Positions 40,843-48,482 of a stretch of DNA of 64,000 nt are shown piece after piece. Location of the stretch: the IMG/VR virus record IMGVR_UViG_3300013232_000154. One strand, given 5' to 3'. The position numbers and the translations under genes are program-made. The DNA is from an uncultured virus (IMG/VR IMGVR_UViG_3300013232_000154) (taxonomy: Duplodnaviria > Heunggongvirae > Uroviricota > Caudoviricetes). How positions within the stretch are numbered: position 1 is the stretch's first letter; each line of letters begins with the position of its first letter. The notes under the pieces were generated by a model, which saw only the letters and a list, made by a program, of their open reading frames with translations, was not told where the DNA came from and did not search any database.

Positions 40843-41180
40843 AGACCTACAAGGACTACGGACAGCCCCACTTCAGGCCAGAGTTCCCCGCCTCAAATTT
40901 CTTCGTTCCCTATGGCAAGTCGGGCATGATGGCATTCTGTCCAGATCCAACCAAGAAGAGCAAGCGTCCTAGAATCGTATGGCCAGAAAGCTCGTGGAAG
41001 GGATCTCGATTGAGCATTGTTGCGGCAGTGGCGGCGGCAGAATGGACAATGATGTTCGAATTGTATGCCATCCTTCGGGACGAACACGCGAAAGGACAAA
41101 GAGACCTATGGATGGAGATCTTTAGGGACACTATCAACGCGTGTGGCTGCAAAGGCCTCGTCAATCGTATAATCGACTAG
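40839..41180 (+). CDS. Hypothetical protein
   Basis: GTGA overlap with upstream stop. Confidence 0.5.
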   Translation: MKTYKDYGQPHFRPEFPASNFFVPYGKSGMMAFCPDPTKKSKRPRIVWPESSWKGSRLSIVAAVAAAEWTMMFELYAILRDEHAKGQRDLWMEIFRDTINACGCKGLVNRIID

Positions 41181-41191
41181 AAAGGACGTCC

Positions 41192-41704
41192 ATGAAAAAG
41201 TTCCCCAAGCTGTACTCGGCAAAGTTCTTCCACGTACCTATCAAGAGAAGGGCCATGATCAAGAGCATGGCCCTTCGTCACTGGAAGAAGCTCAACCGTG
41301 CATACAAGACGAGCTTCATGCTCCCATCTATAAAGTACTTCAAGTCCGAGAAATCACTGGGCCTATCGAACTATCTTAACATGGCCCTAAATCATGACCT
41401 GGCAAAGCGAGCCACACGCAAAGATCTGTCGTTCGTCATAGGACACGAGTTGTGTCACAGTATTCTAGGGCTAATATCACTGAAAATACTCAGAGAAGCG
41501 AAGACACATATAAAAATAGCCATGAAAGGTGTAGCCTATATCCAATATCTGCGTTCAGCTAAAAAGTCGATGAGCGCATTGAGGCGCTTAAGAAAATCTG
41601 GTAGTCACGGCTTCGCTTTCAAAGCCGCCATGAACGTCCTCGGGCTAAAGACGACCAGAGGAATGAGATGGGAGCTTGAAGAGGCACAAAAGAAAAAGAA
41701 ATAA
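41192..41704 (+). CDS. SprT-like zinc metalloprotease-domain protein
   Basis: GHELCH (HExxH) and distal HGFAF. Confidence 0.6.
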   Translation: MKKFPKLYSAKFFHVPIKRRAMIKSMALRHWKKLNRAYKTSFMLPSIKYFKSEKSLGLSNYLNMALNHDLAKRATRKDLSFVIGHELCHSILGLISLKILREAKTHIKIAMKGVAYIQYLRSAKKSMSALRRLRKSGSHGFAFKAAMNVLGLKTTRGMRWELEEAQKKKK

Positions 41705-41714
41705 AAAACGAACC

Positions 41715-41743
41715 TTGACAAAGGATTTGGGGTATGATATAGG
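41715..41743 (+). promoter_or_regulatory. Promoter of the tRNA operon leader
   Basis: TTGACA-N17-TATAGG with extended -10 TG. Confidence 0.6.
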
Positions 41744-41787
41744 GTAGATAGCAACGGCGGAGCGGTTCCGCCTAGAGGGTTACTAAG

Positions 41788-41868
41788 ATGTTCCTTGAAG
41801 TCGTGAGAGTTAACCGAGTAAATAATAAGCGTGGCATAAAAGCCAACGCCTCGGGAGACATCACGTAA
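41788..41868 (+). CDS. Putative attenuator leader peptide MFLEVVRVNRVNNKRGIKANASGDIT
   Basis: AGAGGG RBS; codons match the downstream tRNA anticodons; 3' end overlaps the antiterminator strand. Confidence 0.75.
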   Translation: MFLEVVRVNRVNNKRGIKANASGDIT

Positions 41869-41923
41869 GTCCGAACCCCAAAAAGTGATGAAACCCCGAG
41901 GCCAAAAACCTCGGGGTTTTTTT
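41814..41923 (+). promoter_or_regulatory. Transcription attenuator (alternative 1:2, 2:3, 3:4 hairpins)
   Basis: GCCTCGGG..CATCAC (41848-41864) pairs with GTGATG..CCCGAGGC (41885-41902), which overlaps the terminator 5' arm. Confidence 0.75.
41891..41923 (+). terminator. Intrinsic terminator upstream of the tRNA array
   Basis: AAACCCCGAGG-ccaaaaa-CCTCGGGG followed by T7. Confidence 0.85.
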
Positions 41924-42011
41924 GTTGCCGTAAGGAAAAGGAAGGTGGGTCAGATGCGGGTTAAATCGTTCGCCAAACGTTAGTCGGGCCGCGAAAGCGA
42001 CCCGACGATGT

Positions 42012-42087
42012 GGGTCGCAGGCCGACTGGTGAGGCAACGGACTTTTAATCCGTACCCAGCAGGGTTCGATTCCCTGGCGACCTACCA
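42012..42087 (+). tRNA. tRNA-Lys(UUU)
   Basis: ACGGA-CTTTTAA-TCCGT anticodon arm, GGTTCGATTCC, encoded CCA. Confidence 0.9.
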
Positions 42088-42144
42088 AAGACGTGAGACG
42101 CTCCAGAAGTGGTTCGTTCCTGGTTCCATGATGGGGCAGACGTA

Positions 42145-42156
42145 GATCTTTGACAA
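42145..42156 (+). promoter_or_regulatory. boxA-like antitermination element
   Basis: GATCTTTGACAA resembles rrn boxA. Confidence 0.5.
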
Positions 42157-42171
42157 CCGAAGACCGCTAAT

Positions 42172-42246
42172 GGGCCTGTCGTATAATGGCAAGTATGCTA
42201 CCTTGACAGGGTAGAGGAGATGGTTCGATTCCATCCTGGCCCACCA
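42172..42246 (+). tRNA. tRNA-Val(GAC)
   Basis: CTACC-TTGACAG-GGTAG; T arm; CCA. Confidence 0.9.
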
Positions 42247-42280
42247 TTCCCATGTATGATTCCCACAAAGGAGATCTATC

Positions 42281-42775
42281 ATGGAAAAAGACGTCAAAGA
42301 ATTGCTCTCGCCACTCGGAAAAGTAGAAGTGTTCGGATACTGGGGTGGAGTGACTGGCGGGTTCATGATCTGGTGGATGGACGACAAGAACGAGTACGTC
42401 GTAGACTTGACCCACTCGTTCGATGGATTGCAATGGGACACGATCAAGACCGAAGAAGCTTCAATGGCAGAGTTCGTCGAGACTGCCGAGGCCGCTTTGG
42501 CAGATAACCGACCTCTCATCAAATGTGATGATCCAAAGAAGCTTGAAGTCGGTTACCTCCTCTTGGGCGCAAAGGGAGGAACAACGGTTCGCGTCTCGAC
42601 GAGGCTCCATCAGACTGGGCTTGTAGACCCAGAGGTCAGGAAACGATTTGATGGCGTGAGAGAAAGGATGTTTGAATTCCAAGGTGAATCGGTCAAGATC
42701 GGGGCCAGAGTCAATCCGTTGAAGAAGGGTGAGACTTGGACCAGAGGCCGAGATGGAGAGATCGTACCCGAGTAG
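42281..42775 (+). CDS. Hypothetical protein inside the tRNA array
   Basis: 164 aa, AGGAG RBS; stop overlaps the next tRNA. Confidence 0.65.
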   Translation: MEKDVKELLSPLGKVEVFGYWGGVTGGFMIWWMDDKNEYVVDLTHSFDGLQWDTIKTEEASMAEFVETAEAALADNRPLIKCDDPKKLEVGYLLLGAKGGTTVRVSTRLHQTGLVDPEVRKRFDGVRERMFEFQGESVKIGARVNPLKKGETWTRGRDGEIVPE

Positions 42776-42855
42776 CTCAGTTGGTAGAGTAGCAGACTAT
42801 CCGCCACAGCGGCTTAATCTGCCTGTCGTGGGTTCGATTCCCACCTTGGGTACCA
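42766..42855 (+). tRNA. tRNA-Lys(CUU) with 14-nt insertion in the anticodon loop
   Basis: ACCCGAG/CTTGGGT acceptor, GCAGA-CT[ATCCGCCACAGCGG]CTTAA-TCTGC, T arm, CCA. Confidence 0.7.
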
Positions 42856-42866
42856 AGTTTAGGGCA

Positions 42867-43009
42867 TTCCGACGAATGCTGGAAGGGACTACATTTCAAA
42901 GCGCGGACAGGGGTTCGATTCCTCTCGCGAGAACTTGACTCTCGCGTAGCTCAAAGGTAGAGCAGCGCTCTCCCGAAAGGGGTACGTCTCTCCGATTTTG
43001 TCGTCGGGA
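42867..43009 (+). ncRNA. yrlA: Y RNA (YrlA-like) with permuted tRNA-like module
   Basis: Terminal stem TTCCGACGA/TCGTCGGGA, GACGAATG motif; T arm, then loop-closed acceptor stem, then D arm. Confidence 0.7.
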
Positions 43010-43019
43010 CTTTCTTTGT

Positions 43020-43094
43020 TCCTCTCTGGTGACAACGGCAACATGCTTGACTGTTAATCAAGAGATCCTGGTTCGAATCCAGGGAGAGGAGCCA
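43020..43094 (+). tRNA. tRNA-Asn(GUU)
   Basis: TCCTCTC/GAGAGGA, CTTGA-CTGTTAA-TCAAG, G73, CCA. Confidence 0.9.
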
Positions 43095-43100
43095 TAATTT

Positions 43101-43176
43101 GGGTCGCAGGCAGATCTAGTGATTGCACCTGGTTCTTACCCAGGCGAGCTCGGAGCGTAACCGAGGCGACCCACCA
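43101..43176 (+). tRNA. tRNA-Lys(CUU), non-canonical T loop
   Basis: GGGTCGC/GCGACCC, CCTGG-TTCTTAC-CCAGG, T loop AGCGTAA, CCA. Confidence 0.75.
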
Positions 43177-43241
43177 ATATTTTTCCTTAACAAAGAAGGA
43201 AATGCAAAGAGTTCTTTCTAATTTATAAGTGGAGGAAAAAC

Positions 43242-43940
43242 ATGAGAAATATATCAGACCTACGAAGAAGAATGGGCGAAGAGGAATGGCTAGAATACAA
43301 GGCTCTTCAATCTGAGTTGCGCTATGAAAAATATAGTTCTGGAGAGCATGTTACTCGTTGGAGACAGAGAACAAAAATGAAACTCATTCAGTACAAAGGG
43401 GGTAAATGTACAGTTTGTGGATATGACAAACCAGTTCCAAGAGCGTATGATTTTCATCATAAAGATCCAAGCAAAAAGGACTTCACAATAAGCAGTGGGA
43501 TCAAGTCTCTTGATCGTTTGAAGAAAGAAGTAGACAAATGTGATCTATTGTGTTGTCGCTGCCATGCTGAGAAACATGATATGGAAAATTCTGTTATTAG
43601 AAGCATTACAATAACGAAACATGAGAACAAAATAGAAAAACTAAAAGAACTCAGGCGGAGAGCACTCCATAAATATGGAATGTCGGCAGTTGGAGATCTT
43701 ATTAAATGCAAGTTCTGTGGAACCGAAATTGTAGCAGCCAGAGATGGCCAATCAACTTGTAGCAAAGAGTGCAGGCGGCAGTTGAATATCAAAAATAGGA
43801 AATGTAAAAATAGACCTTCGAAAGAAGAACTTAAAGAACTTATTAGCAAGTTACCGTGGACTAAAATTGGACAGATGTACTCCGTAACTGGTAATTCTGT
43901 CAGAAAATGGGCTAGATCTTACGGTTTAATGGCTCGGTAG
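43242..43940 (+). CDS. HNH homing endonuclease
   Basis: CTVCGY...DFHH.DP..KDFTIS...EVDKCDLLCCRCHAEKH; C-terminal Zn ribbon and HTH; AT-rich. Confidence 0.85.
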   Translation: MRNISDLRRRMGEEEWLEYKALQSELRYEKYSSGEHVTRWRQRTKMKLIQYKGGKCTVCGYDKPVPRAYDFHHKDPSKKDFTISSGIKSLDRLKKEVDKCDLLCCRCHAEKHDMENSVIRSITITKHENKIEKLKELRRRALHKYGMSAVGDLIKCKFCGTEIVAARDGQSTCSKECRRQLNIKNRKCKNRPSKEELKELISKLPWTKIGQMYSVTGNSVRKWARSYGLMAR

Positions 43941-44006
43941 CTTAATGGCAAGCAGCATGCTGTTAACATGCCGATAATGTGGGTTCGACTCCCATCCGAG
44001 CCTCCA
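43931..44006 (+). tRNA. tRNA-Asn(GUU) by anticodon, with atypical U73
   Basis: GGCTCGG/CCGAGCC-T-CCA, GCATG-CTGTTAA-CATGC. Confidence 0.8.
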
Positions 44007-44195
44007 ATTACTGTTGACTTGTACTGGTTGTTTGGTACAAACAGTATCAAAAGTGTCCATTGATATGAGGTGATCCATGTGTGAAAAATGCCAGAAAGAG
44101 GTTCAAAAGAAAGCCGAAGAGCGAAAGAGAAAGAGAGCTCTGAAGCGCCTCGTACGCAAGTACCTGCACGACAACGGCTTCCCATATTACTAAAA

Positions 44196-45116
44196 TCATT
44201 CGTCGCGCAGATACACGTTTCCCCAAACATCGGCCACGAAATAGTTACTACCAACGTTGTCGGTGGCGGCTATGAATGACTTGGTTCCGTTTGGAGATAC
44301 AGACCATGCAGTCTCAAATGAACTAAAATCAGAAAAATCGTAGACGGCACATAGGGCTGTTATCTGCCCAGACATCGTGACTTTAAGTTCGTTCAAGAAA
44401 GGATTAGGATACGTTTCGTTCAGGCTGGCCACATAATGAAGGACGCCATTTGCCACCCTATGTATGGAGCAACCGTAAATCATGGTGTCAAAATTCATCT
44501 CTGTCAATCCAACATAAACATCATGGCCGTTTGGACTAACTGTTCCAGTGACGTATGTTACAATATCTGGGCTTGGAGTTGGATAATACAAAACTCGATG
44601 TGAGTATCCTTCAGGAGTTATTCTGACGATTGAGAAACCTGATCCATCTAGGTCTCCATCAGCAACCCAAATTGTACCATCTTTTGTTACGCCGAGTATG
44701 CCGTTGTAACCCAAAGCAATGAAACGAGTACTCCTTCCGTCAACGCCATAAACTGGCTGATCGACAAGTTCCGTGAGAGAACCGCAAATCAAGTTAGCTG
44801 AGGCCGCGCCGACTTCGTAAGAGAAAAGCGCTCCTCCAAACGGCCAATCCCACGTACTCGTGGTCGGACAACTAATATAAAGCTTGTTGTCTGGTCCACA
44901 TTTTGGAGAACTCAACTCATCATGGTAAATAGATACCAGTTTGGATACTTGGCCCGTCATGTCCATGAAATAGGTACCATACATATCTTCATTATATTTC
45001 TGGACATAGAATCCATGGTTTCTGCTCGCGGAAAAGGTGTACGAAATAGGCCCATCATAGATCGTGGCCAGATTGGATCCGCCATCTACCCTTGGAATAA
45101 CCTTGCTGAATTTCAT
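44196..45116 (-). CDS. Divergent beta-propeller/NHL-like protein
   Basis: GVTKDGTIWVAD, ADVWGNVYL; GAGGAG RBS. Confidence 0.6.
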   Translation of the reverse strand: MKFSKVIPRVDGGSNLATIYDGPISYTFSASRNHGFYVQKYNEDMYGTYFMDMTGQVSKLVSIYHDELSSPKCGPDNKLYISCPTTSTWDWPFGGALFSYEVGAASANLICGSLTELVDQPVYGVDGRSTRFIALGYNGILGVTKDGTIWVADGDLDGSGFSIVRITPEGYSHRVLYYPTPSPDIVTYVTGTVSPNGHDVYVGLTEMNFDTMIYGCSIHRVANGVLHYVASLNETYPNPFLNELKVTMSGQITALCAVYDFSDFSSFETAWSVSPNGTKSFIAATDNVGSNYFVADVWGNVYLRDE

Positions 45117-45173
45117 ACGTGTTTCTCCTCTCAGTATGGTTCTGTTGAAACCATGCTGAACCCTTGAGTTTGT

Positions 45174-45248
45174 GTCCTCGTGGTGTAGTGGAACGCATAC
45201 ATCCCTGCGAAGGATGTGGAGCAGGTCCGATTCCTGCCGAGGATACCA
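45174..45248 (+). tRNA. tRNA-Arg(GCG)
   Basis: CATCC-CTGCGAA-GGATG; T loop TCCGATT; CCA. Confidence 0.85.
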
Positions 45249-45249
45249 C

Positions 45250-45897
45250 TTAGAACTCTGCACGTTCTGGGAAAACCCAGCCTCCGTCGCGGAGGAATAC
45301 TTCCGCCGTCCTGCCCCAGAACGGCCTTCTTACATTCACGTTGGGCAAGGAGAAGTAGACGTTGTTGAAGCTGATCCCATCCATCCCGTACATCGGCGAG
45401 AGGATGTCATGGATCGCCTTGAGGGTACAATGCGGGTATTCAGCACAGATCACTTTTGGCCATGGGCCATTCTTGATGACGTCAGCAAGAATGGTCGGCT
45501 CGTGGCCTTCAACGTCGAGACAAAGCAAGTCAAGCTGCTCGATCCCAGCCAAGGCCATGACAGTGGCAAGGCGGATGGCTCGAGTTCCACTCTCGCCATC
45601 CTTCGTGGGTCGCTCCACTACCTCGTTCCTGAAGACCACCGTTCCATCGTGGTCAGAAAGGGCGGCATGGAGGTTAAGCAGCGAATTCGGTCGGTATCCG
45701 AGGAGCTTGTCGTAGCTGGCCTTGGTTCCCTCTATGTTGATTCCTTTCCAGCCCATGTCCTCGAACGCCTTGCAACACGATAGCGACACGCCATCGGCTG
45801 CACCGCATTCCAGGAACGTCCCGATGGGCTGACTCTCAAAATAGTTCTTGAACAAGACCTCGTCAACGGGTGGATTCCATTGGCCATACCATCCCAT
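45250..45897 (-). CDS. FkbM family methyltransferase
   Basis: FLECGAADG...GWKGINIE...LDLLCLDVEGHE. Confidence 0.85.
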   Translation of the reverse strand: MGWYGQWNPPVDEVLFKNYFESQPIGTFLECGAADGVSLSCCKAFEDMGWKGINIEGTKASYDKLLGYRPNSLLNLHAALSDHDGTVVFRNEVVERPTKDGESGTRAIRLATVMALAGIEQLDLLCLDVEGHEPTILADVIKNGPWPKVICAEYPHCTLKAIHDILSPMYGMDGISFNNVYFSLPNVNVRRPFWGRTAEVFLRDGGWVFPERAEF

Positions 45898-45899
45898 GT

Positions 45900-46850
45900 T
45901 CAGCCTCCGAGTTCTTTGGCGAGAGAGTTCAGCGCATGCGCGGCTGATACCTCATCTGGACCATACAATGGCTCTGGAGCGAAAAGCTTGGTCTTGTAGC
46001 CAGGAATCTTTGCTAGGCTGTCTCTGACGCCATGCCAGCCAGGAGACATCCCGCCAGTTCCGCCGAACACGAAGACTAGCGGCGAGCCAGCGTAAAGCAT
46101 TAGGCCAGCCGTCCCAGTGTTAGACGTGAAGGATGCCACAGCTTGCGAATGCATGGCGAGTTCCAGATCCATGTGGTTCTCGAAACCAACCATGTCCTCC
46201 ACGTATTCGCAAGGTAGCTTGGTGGCCTCATGCTTCGGACAAGTGACATAGAAGTCAAAACCATACTTCGACAGTTTACCATGCAACATCTCCCACGAGT
46301 GGTAGTCGCGGGCCTCGTGTCCATTGAGCCTGGTCTTGGCTCCAAGAGTGAAGAACTTCTTCTTGGCGGACAAGGTCTTGGCAATCTCCAATGCCTTTGG
46401 GGACGGTTCTGGCAATCCATAGCGGCTGTAGTCGAACGCCATGGACGGTGGAGAATAGGCTCCTTCATGCAGTTCGCTGCCGCTTATGTTCATGGTCGAA
46501 CAGATCAAAGCAACGTCTCTGGCCCTATTCACCTTTCTGGATTCTTCTGGCTTGCTTGAGTTCCAGTTCAGGATGCCCCAGTACTCGTCGGCGAAACCAT
46601 AAAGCGGATGCCAGCCAACATACCCAGCCACGATCGTGTGAAAACCGTTGGCCTTGGCCTCGGCGCATCCATGCGCCCTGCTTGGACGACCACAAATCAG
46701 TTCTATTCCAAGCTCGCATGGGTATCCGTAGTAGATGGCGATAGGCTGGTTTCTGATGCGTTCCTTTCTGATCAGTCTATACCCGCGCCCCTTGGTCGAG
46801 GCATGTTCGCAAGGCAGTTCTTGGACGGTACCTTCGGCAAGAAGTTTCAT
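45900..46850 (-). CDS. Putative glycosyltransferase-like protein (GT-B/GT9-like)
   Basis: ELGIEL N-terminal motif; RDYHSW, FTSNTGTAGLM..AGSP..FVFG; adjacent to FkbM. Confidence 0.45.
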   Translation of the reverse strand: MKLLAEGTVQELPCEHASTKGRGYRLIRKERIRNQPIAIYYGYPCELGIELICGRPSRAHGCAEAKANGFHTIVAGYVGWHPLYGFADEYWGILNWNSSKPEESRKVNRARDVALICSTMNISGSELHEGAYSPPSMAFDYSRYGLPEPSPKALEIAKTLSAKKKFFTLGAKTRLNGHEARDYHSWEMLHGKLSKYGFDFYVTCPKHEATKLPCEYVEDMVGFENHMDLELAMHSQAVASFTSNTGTAGLMLYAGSPLVFVFGGTGGMSPGWHGVRDSLAKIPGYKTKLFAPEPLYGPDEVSAAHALNSLAKELGG

Positions 46851-46930
46851 TCGTATCTCCTTTGCTAATGATATTGACACAAAGGCTTGCGCTTCCTTTT
46901 GGACGTATAATTTATCCAAAGGAGACGCAC

Positions 46931-47533
46931 GTGATAATCATCAAAGGCGGCAAGGAGAAACCAAAGGACTTCGTGACGATGATGGACTGGTTCGAGAGGC
47001 GTACCAAGAACCATATCCGCCTCGTCCAGAAGTACTGTGGTAAGATATACAAACATGACCCAAAAAAGTTCAAGGGGATCATCGACCGTGGCAGGGCACA
47101 CGACGAGAGCAAGTTCAAGGAACCAGAACTTGATCCATACGTCCTGATCGCCTGGCGGTACAAATGCAAGCGCGACAAGAAGGACTTTGCTGGATACATC
47201 GGCGACTCCAAAGCGATGGAGGAGGCCGAGAAGGAGATGGTTGCTGCCACAGAGCATCACATCAAGAACAATCCTCATCATCCCGAGTATCACACTGAAC
47301 AAGTCGGAAATCTGATCAACAAGGACAACCGAGACAAGCCACCAGAGAAGATGATTGATGCCACCAAGATGGGAGACATAGACATCGGTGAGATGGTCGC
47401 CGACTGGTGTGCGATGTCTGAGGAGCTTGCCGACGACCCGATCAAGTGGGCGGACAAGAACGTCAACGTTAGGTGGAAGTTCACGGACAAGCAGAAAGAC
47501 TTGATCTATGAGTTGATCAAGGCGATTTGGTAG
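46931..47533 (+). CDS. DUF5662-like HD-type protein
   Basis: HDESKF..PE, HHIKNNPHHPEY, EMVADW; AGGAG RBS before GTG. Confidence 0.75.
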   Translation: MIIIKGGKEKPKDFVTMMDWFERRTKNHIRLVQKYCGKIYKHDPKKFKGIIDRGRAHDESKFKEPELDPYVLIAWRYKCKRDKKDFAGYIGDSKAMEEAEKEMVAATEHHIKNNPHHPEYHTEQVGNLINKDNRDKPPEKMIDATKMGDIDIGEMVADWCAMSEELADDPIKWADKNVNVRWKFTDKQKDLIYELIKAIW

Positions 47534-47603
47534 GGGACCTCTGGTCGAGGGGGCTAGGCTTATAACCAAGCTATTGTGGGTCCGATTCCCACTCCTACCA
47601 CCA
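47529..47603 (+). tRNA. tRNA-Ile(UAU)
   Basis: GGTAGGG/TCCTACC-A-CCA; CTAGG-CTTATAA-CCAAG; T loop TCCGATT. Confidence 0.75.
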
Positions 47604-47735
47604 TGGATCGAATGCGGGTGGGAGTACATCCAATGCTAATGGAGAGTTCTGGGTTCGAGTCCCAGCGGCCCAGCTTGATTGGGCCGTAGCTTAACGGTAA
47701 AGCGCTAAAAACCTCTCGCCAATTTTGTCGATCCA
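47604..47735 (+). ncRNA. yrlA: Y RNA (YrlA-like) with permuted tRNA-like module
   Basis: TGGATCGA/TCGATCCA stem, CGAATGC motif; CTGGG-TTCGAGT-CCCAG, CGGCCCA-loop-TGGGCCG, GCTT-AACGGTA-AAGC. Confidence 0.7.
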
Positions 47736-47759
47736 AATTTTCTAAGAATCGTGGAGCCA

Positions 47760-48113
47760 ATGACCAAAGCCCACTATACCAAACAAGTTTATGCATGGGA
47801 GCGCGACCTGATCGGTTTTCAACGCCTCTCAGCCCTACCAATTGGGAAACTTAGGGCATGGGCAAAGAACATATGGAAGAAAGAGCGTCCGCTAAAGTCC
47901 ATGCCCAAAATCGTCGCTGGGAAAGGAATCAGGTACTTAAATGAGTACATGAGTTTTTCGGAAAACAATTTGATAGTGCTATCGCGACACCAACGGAACA
48001 GGCTAGTCCTTCTTCATGAGATATGCCATTACCTGGGGACTAATCACGAACTTGATCACGGTCCTGTATTTCAAGATCGCTACGCAACAATGTTCTTCAA
48101 GTACTTAGTTTGA
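47760..48113 (+). CDS. SprT-like HExxH protein
   Basis: LLHEICHYL...DHGPVF. Confidence 0.65.
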   Translation: MTKAHYTKQVYAWERDLIGFQRLSALPIGKLRAWAKNIWKKERPLKSMPKIVAGKGIRYLNEYMSFSENNLIVLSRHQRNRLVLLHEICHYLGTNHELDHGPVFQDRYATMFFKYLV

Positions 48114-48115
48114 TT

Positions 48116-48189
48116 GGGCCTGTCGTATAACGGCAGTACATTTGCTTCACACGCAAGTGGCGGAGGTTCGACTCCTCCCTGGCCCACCA
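48116..48189 (+). tRNA. tRNA-Val(CAC)
   Basis: TTTGC-TTCACAC-GCAAG; T arm; CCA. Confidence 0.9.
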
Positions 48190-48270
48190 TGACCGAATGC
48201 AGAACGGGAGTACATCTTTCCTGTGCAAAGAACGCCCGCAAGGGCTACTCTCGTTCACTCTTGTCGGTCA
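48190..48270 (+). ncRNA. Short Y-RNA-like RNA lacking the tRNA module
   Basis: TGACCGA/TCGGTCA stem, CGAATGC...GGGAGTACAT...TTGTCG shared with the other two. Confidence 0.6.
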
Positions 48271-48275
48271 ATTTC

Positions 48276-48350
48276 GCCCCCGTAGTGTAAAAGACAGCAT
48301 GCAGAGCTTCTAACTCTGCGGAGAAGGAGCGTTACCTTCCGGGGGTACCA
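48276..48350 (+). tRNA. tRNA-Arg(UCU), non-canonical T loop
   Basis: CAGAG-CTTCTAA-CTCTG; T loop AGCGTTA; CCA. Confidence 0.8.
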
Positions 48351-48375
48351 CTGACGTACCAACCAAAACGCAGAT

Positions 48376-48450
48376 GCCCCCGTAGTGTAAAAGACAGCAT
48401 GCGATGCTTCGAACGTCGCGGAGAAGGAGCGTTACCTTCCGGGGGTACCA
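48376..48450 (+). tRNA. tRNA-Arg(UCG), duplicate body of the previous tRNA
   Basis: CGATG-CTTCGAA-CGTCG; otherwise identical to 48276-48350. Confidence 0.8.
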
Positions 48451-48482
48451 AACTTGGTGTACAATTAGCCTAGGAGAACGCG

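Noticed and set aside
41750..41930. T-box riboswitch as the control element
   Set aside because: No UGGNACC T-box bulge or stem I is visible, and the leader is short; the leader-peptide model explains the sequence better.
41861..42522. Minus-strand ORFs 41861-42088, 42082-42522 and 42167-42433
   Set aside because: Antisense translations of tRNA genes (typical GIEP/MESN artefacts).
42895..42971. Permuted tRNA gene or UCA opal suppressor suggesting genetic recoding
   Set aside because: The module sits inside a conserved Y-RNA-like stem and has no contiguous anticodon loop or CCA. All three stop codons end genes normally and coding density is high under the standard code.
48276..48450. CRISPR-like direct repeats at 100-nt spacing
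   Set aside because: They are two complete tRNA-Arg genes; no cas genes or repeat-spacer array are present.
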